Below, piece by piece: positions 26,236 through 36,289 of a DNA stretch of 64,000 nt. Source of the stretch: Chara braunii. Its lineage: Eukaryota > Plantae > Charophyceae. Both the position numbers and the translations under genes were made by a program. The DNA is taken from assembly GCA_003427395.1 (NCBI GenBank), contig BFEA01000003.1, positions 6,674,189 to 6,738,188 of the forward strand, written 5' to 3'. Within the stretch, counting starts at the first letter, position 1, and the number at the start of each line of letters is the position of its first letter. The notes under the pieces are model-generated. The model was not told the DNA's origin. It was given only the letters and a program-made list of their open reading frames with translations, and ran no database searches.

Positions 26236-27044
26236 TACAGAGAGGGGTGGGAAGAAACACGCAGACAGGCAAACACCGGACTGCAATTTTCCAATCCTGG
26301 GTACTAATCAACAGAAAAAAATAAAAAGAAAAAGATTTCTCCTTTTTTTTTTGTTGAAAATCTGTCGATTAGAGAATTTAGGAAGGCATCTATCAGATAA
26401 CGAGCTGGAATCAGAAACGGTTCAGAAAAAAATTCTCGGAACTATACTGCCGAAAAAAATTACGAAATAACTCTGACTTAAAAAAAAAAAAAAACGAAAT
26501 CGGACGTAATCTAATTCCTAGCGGCTAACCCTAAGTCCGTTGAGACACAGTTCCGCGGAATTCGCGGGATGGCCGGAACTTTTCCGAAGTTTCCAAAATT
26601 CGCGGAATTCGGAGAATTCGCGGAATACGCAGAGTGCCGAAATTTTTGGGATTCCGAAATTCGCGGATTTCGCGGAATGCCGAAACTTTCGGAAATCCGA
26701 GATGCACGGATTTGAAAGTTTGAACTTAAGAAGTTAAGAATTAGTATTTATAACAACAATAAGAAAACGAGAGAAAAGGAATTGGCAAAATTTTAATTCG
26801 TTAATTCATCTTGATTAGGTTTAGCGAATGCTAATCGCGGATTAGCGTTAAGTGTGATTAGTGCAAATCCGGGGTTAGCGCTATTTAGTCCTAATCAAGG
26901 TGACAACTTTAACATAATTTTTTTTTTTTGCAGAAATTTGACGAATCCCTACTTCATTGATCAATCAGTTAATCAATCAACCAATCAATCAATCAATCAA
27001 CCAAGTTGGTTTCTTGATTGGGCAGATGCTCTTTCGAGAGGTCT

Positions 27045-27056
27045 GCTCCGATACCA
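27045..27056 (-). promoter_or_regulatory. Primer-binding site (tRNA-iMet) of element B
   Basis: Minus strand TGGTATCGGAGC versus canonical TGGTATCAGAGC, 3 nt from the LTR. Confidence 0.9.
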
Positions 27057-27059
27057 AAC

Positions 27060-27524
27060 TGTCGCATGCCAAGATGGCACACAGACCAGAACCAAGAAAC
27101 GACCTCTCACAGATAGAACAGGATAGCACAGCAGAAGGCTGGAATACAAATGATCAGACCCAATCAATGTCGAAATGCAGACTGGACATACATCATCATC
27201 ATCACACGGTGTGAATGGCCTGGCACTGAACGCCAGGACGAAGGTGCCAGGCCTAACTCATACACAGATGAGGAGGGGGAAGAGACGAAGGAGAAGGGGA
27301 AGAGATGAGAATGTCGTCAACTCAAATGTCGCTGATATCAATCCCAAACAGTCCCCCCAAGGTCNNNNNNNNNNNNNNNNNNNNNNNNNNNNNNNNNNNN
27401 NNNNNNNNNNNNNNNNNNNNNNNNNNNNNNNNNNNNNNNNNNNNNNNNNNNNNNNNNNNNNNNNNNNNNNNNNNNNNNNNNNNNNNNNNNNNNNNNNNNN
27501 NNNNNNNNNNNNNNNNNNNNNNNN

Positions 27525-27606
<82 letters not shown>

Positions 27607-28253
27607 CGCGTGCGCGCGCTTTATACGAAGTACTGACCTGTGAAAGGTGGTGCCTTGATCCAGGTGCAGACGTGCTGAAGACGAAGCTGGAGCAAGGGCT
27701 ACGCAGGTAAGTCTCAGGTAAGTCCTCAGGCCGCCATCACCATCTCTCCCTCCCTGCGCTGCTCTACCCTATCAGCGCCCAGCGCTGGAGACTAGTCCTA
27801 TCGTCGACTACTACTGCGCTACTGTCGTCCGAAGTATCGTCGACTACTACTGCGCTACTGTCGTCCGAAGTATGCCTCCTCGATCCTCTACTCAAGAATG
27901 AGGAACTGAGGCCGGACCCAGCTATATGTAGTGCTGGGTCGGCCTCAGCCACTCCTGGCGCTCAAACTGAGGCTGGGCCTCAAAGTTTGGTGCCCAAACT
28001 GAGGCTGCTCCAGCGCCTACCGAAACGACGCGGCCTCAAAGTCAGGGCCTTGGCGCCAAAACACACGCCAGGGCCTGTACTCAAAACGAGGCCTACAGGG
28101 CCTCTACCTGGTACCGGTCCTACTCGGCCTAAACTCGGGCTACGGACCCTGCGGACCCTGCTGAGGGTCGAAAAGACGCAGACCCTACACCTACGGGCCC
28201 CTAGTCTACCTGGTCGGGCCCTGCTGGGCCCGTGTGGTACTGAGTATGCCACA
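27060..28253 (-). repeat. 5' LTR of element B (contains an N gap)
   Basis: TG...CA termini, adjacent PBS, followed by the TSD. Confidence 0.92.
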
Positions 28254-28648
28254 TCATGACCCCTTAAAACCAAGAGAGGACTCTCAGGACAGGACTCTCT
28301 TCATCACGGTAAGAAGAAATGAGGTGGGTAGATAAGGTCAGGAACAAATGTACCTAGAGATAGTTGCCCCCAACCACAGATTCTCACCAATTGAGCCGAC
28401 ATGCATTTTGATGACCGGTCGTTGCCTTGGCACTATGCACAATGCAATGCAGTGCCACCTCAGCACAAATGCCACGTCAGCATGCTTTGCCAATACCGTA
28501 GCCTTACAGCCCGATCCTCCTTCCATAGATCGGACTCCAAACCAGCCAGCGTTCAGTATCCTCACTGCGATGAAGTCCCCTCAACAAACCAAGTAACCGA
28601 AACACCAGCGCCAGTGAGGCAACATCTGAGCCAGCTCCAAAACCAAAT

Positions 28649-29602
28649 TGCAAGGAAAATGAGTGAGAGCGATAGACAGAAAATCAAATTGCAACATCAC
28701 ACTGAACACCAGAATAGTCGTGTGCCAAGCAGAAAGCAATATGCACCGAGATACAGGCCAAATAAGAGCAATGCCATGAGCTCCAATCTCAAACTCATCC
28801 CTTCTTGCCACCATCAACAATATATCCAATGTCACCCTTCTCTTTTGGCACCTAGCACCCAGCCCACAACAACTCAGTACCTATACTAGCCTACAGCTAC
28901 GACTTGCAAACGGGAAACACTCCAGCTGAAGACCAATGTAAATGACGAAGTCACCAATGCAGACTGCCTCGTACACAGCAGGTATGTCTATGTGTCTCTT
29001 CTGTGCCCCTCTCATCACCACAGTGTGTCTCCCTACCACTCGAAGACAACCGTCACCCACCAGCAAACCAGCGAGCCAGCCTGGCTTTGGCTGCTCGCTC
29101 CCGCTGCCTGCTTGCAGCGTCCATGCGTGCCCTCCAGCCGCCAGCGCCTAGGCGACCTCCAGCACTTCAATGAGGCAGCACTGTCGCCCAGTTGCCTGCG
29201 GCCAGAATGCCTGGCTGAGGGCCCAACACTTTCCTGGGGCCCAGTAGCTTCATGTCGTGCCAAAGTGTCTGCACCCAGGCCCAATTCAGACACTGGCCTG
29301 GGCCCAATGCAGCTAGGCACGCCCAATTGTGCGACGTGGCTCATGTCACTCTCTGCACGCCTGATTGGCCAAAAGGCCTGTTTCCACATTGCTGCCTGGA
29401 AGAGTCTGGGAGGCTCATGATGGCTTGGTCTCACAGCATGCGGGAGCTCTGTGACAAACTGGCGCCCAGTAACTGTCTAGTTCCCCAAGGCCTAGAAAAT
29501 GCCCCATAAGTAGGCCCCTTGAAGAATACAGGCCCACCTTCACTTAGGGCGGGCAGGAGCAAGGAACAGCGGTGCCCCTAGGTGAGGGCTCATTCCCTCG
29601 CA
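28649..29602 (-). repeat. 5' LTR of element A
   Basis: TGCAAGGAAAATGAG...CTCATTCCCTCGCA, adjacent to a degenerate PBS. Confidence 0.85.
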
Positions 29603-30922
29603 GATGCTTACGGATGGGTAAACATCATTGTAAGGCATGATTTAGTACTCCTTTCTGCACATTTTGACAAAGGAATGTTATCTGTAAGACGGCGCTCCTT
29701 CTGGGTGTGTACTAGTGCGAGTTCAAAAAAAGACACACAAAAACTTGAAATAACTTCACGCCGTTCACGGACATTTAATTTCGTGCAATCAAAAGAAAAA
29801 AAGTCATTTTGAACGAAATCATCAAAATGACAGTTAGAAAAAGTGCGAGAAGTAGAGGAGGAGGAGCAAGAGCAGGGGAGGGGAAACAAGGAAGGAAAAG
29901 ACAACAAGGGAGAGGGCAAGGGCGAGGGTGAGGGAAAAAGAATATGGGGGAGGGGGGGNNNNNNNNNNNNNNNNNNNNNNNNNNNNNNNNNNNNNNNNNN
30001 NNNNNNNNNNNNNNNNNNNNNNNNNNNNNNNNNNNNNNNNNNNNNNNNNNNNNNNNNNNNNNNNNNNNNNNNNNNNNNNNNNNNNNNNNNNNNNNNNNNN
30101 NNNNNNNNNNNNNNNNNNNNNNNNNNNNNNNNNNNNNNNNNNNNNNNNNNNNNNNNNNNNNNNNNNNNNNNNNNNNNNNNNNNNNNNNNNNNNNNNNNNN
30201 NNNNNNNNNNNNNNNNNNNNNNNNNNNNNNNNNNNNNNNNNNNNNNNNNNNNNNNNNNNNNNNNNNNNNNNNNNNNNNNNNNNNNNNNNNNNNNNNNNNN
30301 NNNNNNNNNNNNNNNNNNNNNNNNNNNNNNNNNNNNNNNNNNNNNNNNNNNCAATGAGAGGCCGGGGTCCTCACAATTCAACCCGGAGTTATCCATGACT
30401 AAGTACTGAGAAGAGGAGATTCTCTTTTTTTTTCTTCTTCTTCTTTCTTTTTTGTCCTTTCTTTTTTTTGTTCCTTTTTGTTTCTTTTTTCCGTTTAATT
30501 TCTTTAATTTCTTCTTTTCTCTTTTTCTTTTTTTTTTGTTCTTTTTCATTCCTTTTGGGGATACCATAAGCTAGAAATGTCCTGTGATGCATTTTGGGAT
30601 CAGTCCTCTTGGGGCGACATCGGTTCATTAAACTTCATTTTTCTTTTCTAAGACCAAGCTATATTTTTGTCGCAACTTCATTTTCACTGCCTACCTACCA
30701 CTACTCTTAAGCCTATGCAGGGGACCCTTGCAAGCACAGCTACCTCTCATAATCAAGGGATGCATATTGGCCCCCGCTCTAATGGGGCCGCCATGGGGGG
30801 GGGGCAGGGGGGGTGCGAGGCTGGGCAAACTAATGTAAAGACGGAACATTTTGCGAGTAGCTGCACCTCCCGTCTACTTCCCCCACCCCTATCGGGTAAC
30901 AGCAGTGTCTAATCCCAACACT

Positions 30923-30982
<60 letters not shown>

Positions 30983-31269
30983 ACTTGCTATAGACTCAGT
31001 ATAGAGGTAAAACTGTTTCGTTGTTGGAATGTCCCAACTAGAATGTGCTTCTTTTTGTCTGCAATAGGACTAAGCTGCTTTAATTTTGGTTCTACTCATC
31101 TGGGTGGCTTAGGATCTGTTGTGGTGAAAATCCACAACACACATTCCAGTCTTGCTAGCTCTCTGCTCTTGTAGTTTGAGCGGCTAGGCTCGGACCTGTA
31201 CTAGCAGGTCACACTCATGGTAAGGCTTCTAAGTTCTAGCTATGGCATACTTTTCTAATTCGACCAATG

Positions 31270-33596
31270 TAGTTGGGCCGGATAAATGCAAGGGCTTCTC
31301 CTACTGAGGTGGTTTGGTCAAAAGAGCTACCCCGACGCCATGCTCGCAACCGTGTGGAACAACGTCATCGCTGTCAATCTACACTAGCCAGGAATACTAC
31401 ATATCGAGTCTGATGCCAACAATGTGGTGACAACTTCTTCAGTGGTGCAGGTCTGCATATGCACCAGACAAGGGGTGCAACCACCTGTTCAACATATGCA
31501 CGACGAGCAGCCACTTTGGGCACAAGCGCGGCTGATCAGCTTCCGCTTCTTGCATCTGACCCACCCATTTCTCATCCGCCTAGCCCCGCTTGCTCCCTTG
31601 CCCCAATTGACAATACCACCTTCTTATCACTTTATGGAGCCCCAGGCTGAAGATGATCTCTCTGCGGAGTGTTTACTAGAGCCAATGGAGTCAATACAGC
31701 TGGAGGAACCAGACAGAAACAGTTAAGACCACAATGAATCTCCGCCTACCGTGCAATCTGCAGAAGTGAATGAAACCCCCTCTGCTGCAGAATCAGATGA
31801 TTTGATCGTGCTACAGCGAGGCCACTATGAGTACTATGCCATTAATATATGTTTCCTCGCTTGCAATTGCAACCCGTTAATGTATGTCTCCTCGCTTGCA
31901 ATTGCAACCCTTATATGCTTTCTGATTTAAATTTGCAGATATCGTCCACTGGATAGAAGAAGGCACCGTATTGTCTACCCAGAGGACGACAGTAGTGCTG
32001 GACCCGTTTTCCAGCAGGTGAAGCTCCCCACCAAAAGATGGAGCCTCCCTGGGAATGCTAGAGGGGTGTGCTCTTACCAGCTCCCCTAGCATAACCCGGG
32101 TGTGTTTTATATTTTTTTTTAAAAAGTATTGGACCTGGTGTGAACATAGAGGTCCTGTCTATGGCATTTATGGGAAGACGACTACAACTGCAACTTGCTC
32201 CACAGAATCACATGTTAGGCATGGATCCAAATATCCATGCGTACATAGTACATACATCTTGCATCGTCCAAGTCATTTCAGTGTTCTAACCTTTACGAAT
32301 CATTCATGGACCCTATGGGACAATGGTGGTAGGGTGAACACGGCGGAAAGTATTAGCTCTTTCTATCACCAGTAGGTAGATTCTCACTTGGTCTGGCTCG
32401 TCCATCAGGAACAGTATGTCTTTATGCACTTGCAAGCACTACAGCCTCCGGAGAGCAATCCAGATTAACCTCCTCCTTCCACCGTACATGGTCAGGCAGC
32501 ATCCCAACCCTATGCAGATTGGACGGATTCTACCACGGACAGCCGTTGTGCCCTCCCATTGTGTCGTACAGAGCTACAGTTCGGTTAGCATGCACACAGC
32601 ATAGCCTCTGCTCCAAACACTACCACGAAAACTACTCATCCCCCCCAGCCCCTAATTATTTGCCCTGCATGCCATCGTGGCCTTGATTTGTCATACTTAA
32701 AATAGTTGCGAACGTCATTCTGCTTTCCTGCTGGTATGTCAGCAACATAACATGTGTCATCATGGTTCCAGGAAGCTATCACAGAAAGGGTGTGTCCCTA
32801 CTGTGTGGACTATCCCCGATGCCTTCATCCTCCACATCCTCTCCTAGCATGTCTCACATAGAGTGTTGGGCAACCACTTACTGCAACCGCAAACGGATTT
32901 CCTTCTTTGTTGCTAGACGAACGATAGACCCAGCAGCTTGAGGAGGAAAATAAACTACCATATGAACCACCTATAGAGCGCTGTACTGGAAGGTTATCAC
33001 CACCAGGGCGAGCTGCTGCAGACCAAATCCTGCAGCAGTCAAACACCCGTGCTTGGGATCAATCCCCGTCTTCGTATGCCCATAGAGAGGGGATAAATAC
33101 TGGGGAAACCCAAAAAACGTGCTCAATGCCGCTCCCTGATGACCCACATAAGATTCAACTATCATCTGGTTCGCATGCCTTGTGCATTGAGGACTATGAA
33201 GGGATATCCGATGTGTGTTTTTGTTTTCATGTGTATGATGACAGTCAATACTGCACTCATGTACGACACCCTGACATGCTATGTCCAATTTGTAGACAGG
33301 AACTGGAACGATAATGCCTCTACAATTGCGGTCAGTGCGCCTCCGTCTTCCTAGAATGTAGGAGGCACGTAGTCTGTGACATATGTCTATGTCGTGCCAT
33401 TCGATGCAGTGACTGCTACTACGAGAATTGGATGTGATGCCTCTACAGTGCACATCTGAACCAGTCCTTTCTGGTTTGTAGGGGTCACCACGTACAGTAG
33501 GCAACAACTGCTCCTCAACTCCAAATCTCTGCAACCCAAACACAGACTGGCCCCTTGTGCCATTCTAGAGTAGACTGCTTCAGCGGTGAGTATTAA
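31270..33596 (+). pseudogene. Decayed long ORF: C2H2/C2HC zinc finger, Pro/acidic linker, possible Cys-protease His motif, Cys-rich cluster; unclassified TE-like
   Basis: CQQCGDNFFSGAGLHMHQTRGATTC (31414-31488), HFSVLTFTNHSWTLWDN (32274-32324), CPIC/CGQC/CDIC/CSDC (~33280-33420). Interrupted by stops and frameshifts. Confidence 0.5.
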
Positions 33597-33655
33597 GAAC
33601 CTTGTGCATCATATCTTTGTTCGAGAGGTGGTTAACGGGTCCACTAATATTCAAC

Positions 33656-34555
33656 CAATGAACCGGTTAAGTGGTCCACCTCTTTGGTGGTAGGTCATAG
33701 GTTCAATTCCTAGTGAGTTGATCTTGGACTTCTTGTGTATAACAAGCACTAATGAACCGGTCGGACGCCCTTGCAATAGTGTTTGGTTGAAGTCTGGCCG
33801 GTGCCGTGAGTTGTCCCTCACGTGCATTCGGGTCGAGTCGAGTCTGGGTACACTGGGTCATGGTTGATCCATGCTGGGGTGGGGTGAAATGTCCCTCACG
33901 GGGCTTCACTCTCATCCCATCTCACTTTACCTATTGGTTAAGTGATCCACCTCTTTGGTGGTAGGTCATAGGTTCAATTCCTAGTGAGTTGATCTTGGGC
34001 GTCTTGTGTATAACAAGCACTAATCAACCGGTCGGACGCCCTTGCAATAGTGCTTGGTTGGCTGGTGCCATGAGTTGTCCCTCATGTGCATTCGGGTCGA
34101 GTCGAGTCTGGGTACACCGGGTTATGGTTGATCCATGCTGGGGTGGGATGAAATGTCCCTCACGGGGCTTCACTTTCATCCCAGCTCACTTTACCTATTG
34201 GTTAAGTGATCCACCTCTTTGGTGGTAGGTCATAGGTTCAATTCCTGGTGAGTTGATATTGGGCTTCTTGTGTATAACAAGCACTAATGAACCCGTCAAA
34301 CGCCCTTGCAATAGTGCTTGGTTGAAGTCTGGCCAGTGCCATGAGTTGTCCCTCGCGTACATTCGGGTCAAGTCGAGTCTGGGTACACCGGGTCATGGTT
34401 GATTCATGCTGGGGTGGGGTGAAATGTCCCTCACAGGGCTTCACTTTCACCCCAGCGCACTTTACCTATTGGTTAAGTGATCCACCTCTTTGGTAGGTCA
34501 TAGGTTCAATTCCTAGTGAGCTGATCTTGGACTTCTTGTGTATAACAAGAAAAAA
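33656..34555 (+). mobile_element. Retroposed tandem multimer (3.3 x 271 bp) of a tRNA-like unit
   Basis: GGTTAAGTG recurs at 33665, 33936, 34200 and 34471. Each unit has the B-box GGTTCAATTCC. A6 tail at 34550-34555. 15-bp TSD CCACTAATATTCAAC at 33641-33655 and 34556-34570. Confidence 0.88.
34184..34253 (+). ncRNA. tRNA-like cloverleaf in the array unit (Lys-CTT-like, not a canonical tRNA)
   Basis: Acceptor GCTCAC/GTGAGT, D-loop GG, CCAC-CTCTTTG-GTGG arm, variable loop AGGTC, T-arm TAGG-TTCAATT-CCT(A/G). About 2 nt short at the T/acceptor junction. Confidence 0.6.
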
Positions 34556-34605
34556 CCACTAATATTCAACATTTACACAGGTACTGAAGTTTTGAAAGTA
34601 GGGGG

Positions 34606-34747
34606 AAGGGGCGGAGGTTCAGGTTTTTCACCATCTTCACCACTTCAAAGTTTTTGGAATCGTCAACGTTAATATACATCTAGACTATGAAATTTCTGGA
34701 ATTTTTGGAGTGGTGAAGGTGCTGAAAATTATGAACAACCTCTCCTT
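34606..34747. repeat. Imperfect ~45-bp-arm inverted repeat (old MITE-like)
   Basis: TTTTCACCATCTTCACCACTTCAAA versus TTTGGAGTGGTGAAGGTGCTGAAAA, with outer AAGG/CCTT. Confidence 0.6.
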
Positions 34748-34994
34748 AAACCACCACTACCTCCGAGCCTGTTTTTGTCAACCCCAATTTTCACTGCGTA
34801 CCGAGTTTTGTCGAGCCTAGGTTCCGTTTTATTTCTGATCTGGTACTCTCCTGAAAAGAAAAAGAAAAAAAAGTGCGGCCAGACTTTCAAAAAACGACCC
34901 ACTCGCAGCCAAAAGAAAATAAAAGAAAAAAAACAGACACCCCTTTCAACGTGATACCTGGTAGATACCTAGCCCAAAGTCGTTGTGTGAGTAT

Positions 34995-36231
34995 TATAAT
35001 GAACCCAGTATGGCAGATACTCATCAGACGCCGAGGTACAAGTAGTCTCAGATCTGTAAAAAGTCTCCAGTTAATGTGAAGTGATATCTGAAACAGTATC
35101 TCGTTACCAATAGACGAAGAGAGTGGAGGGGGAATAGACAGAGGAGAAGGTGGAAGAGATAATTACACAAGAGTAGTCACAATCCTTCCCACTCCTTCTT
35201 CGGGCTTCCCCTCGCCTCCACGTCAACAACCAATATACAGTAACAAGTCTGATAAATCCTGATCACACAGAAGTGCCACATGGCACTCTTATCTCGCGGA
35301 GACCATGAAGACAACATCAGTATACGGTAACGACGTCAACCTCAGGTGAGTACTAGATCCCAATCATCCACAGATTCCGATCTCCCTCCTTGTCGCAACC
35401 AGTCACCTCATGTAGACAGCGTGGCCAATGCCACGTCAGCTATAGAGACATGTGGCATGCGCCACATCATCAATGAAGATAGATGGCAGCGCCACATCAG
35501 CAACACAATGCAGACAGATGGCAGTGCCACATCAGCAATGTAGACAAGTGGCATGCGCCACATTAGCCATGTAGACAAGTGGCATGCGTCATATCAGCAA
35601 TGTAGACAAGTGGTATGCGCCACATCAGCAATGCAGACAAGTGGCATGCGCCACATCAGCCATGTAGACAAGTGGCATGTGCCATATCAGCAATGGTTGG
35701 CGCACAGTAGAGAAAGCGCCAGCGTGCTGCCACAGTCTTGCGTCGTCGTGCACAGCGCCAGCGTCAAGCCAGCGTCGAGCCAGCGTCAAGCCAGCGTCAA
35801 GCCAGCGTCAAGCCAGCGTCGAGCCAGCGTCGAACCAGCGTCAAGGCAGCATAGCAAGACTGAATGTTGACCACCCGGAGACCCAGCCTTATGTTGCATT
35901 TGGCAAGGTTGTCTCGCTTCAAGTCCCCTTTCCACAGTCGTACTGATTGACGCACAGTCGAGGGTCTGGATTGTACAGTTGCAGATTTCCCCTTGGTCCT
36001 GATGTTGTCTGGGTACCTGCATACAAACAAGTGTGTGCGTCTGATCGGTGGCCTGGGCTGGGTACACTTTGACTTTGACTATTGGATGTCTGACAGTTGA
36101 CTTTAGTTAATTGTCACACGTTCAGGTCTTGAATCTTTTTGTGGGGTTCTTTTCCCCCTTCGGCCTGGGACTGAGTGCGGCCTGGTAAGGCCCTTAGACA
36201 ATCTACGAGACATACGACATGGGTTATTGCA
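34995..36231 (-). repeat. 3' LTR of element C, with internal ~31-bp and 11-bp tandem arrays
   Basis: TATAATGAACC (TG mutated)...TTATTGCA. Arrays of GTAGACAAGTGGCATGCGCCACATCAGC and GCGTCAAGCCA. Confidence 0.92.
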
Positions 36232-36289
36232 TTCCTGCCGGCCCAATTTTCGAGTTTCGTCGCAGAAAAGACATTAATTTCCTTTCAAC

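Larger units (their letters stand above)
19182..28253 (-). mobile_element. Full-length Ty3/gypsy chromovirus B, coding region disrupted
   Basis: LTRs at 19182-20290 and 27060-28253 (TGTCGCATG...TATGCCACA). 5-bp TSD TCATG at 19177-19181 and 28254-28258. iMet PBS at 27045-27056, PPT at 20291-20303. Domain order gag-PR-RT-RH-IN-chromo. Confidence 0.95.
13102..29602 (-). mobile_element. Ty3/gypsy chromovirus A, decayed, protease-RT deleted, hosts element B
   Basis: Homologous LTRs at 13102-14104 and 28649-29602. PPT (CTCCCTCCTCCT on +) follows 14104. Degenerate iMet PBS GCTCCAAAACCA at 28634-28645. Flanking GATG at 13098-13101 and 29603-29606. Contains gag, RNase H, IN and chromodomain remnants. 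Confidence 0.8.

Noticed and set aside
25775-26311. Cys/His-rich and QQVPC-repeat ORFs
   Set aside because: They are translations of the 15/21-bp leader array, open in several frames.
29608-30567. Long ORFs spanning N runs (also 19056-19829, 27175-27643, 45131-45604, 59281-60499, 61567-62033)
   Set aside because: They are open only because of gaps and (CT)n microsatellites.
33656-34555. CRISPR array, functional tRNA cluster or hammerhead retrozyme
   Set aside because: The spacers are not unique, the cloverleaf is defective, and no complete CUGANGA/GAAA hammerhead core was found on either strand.
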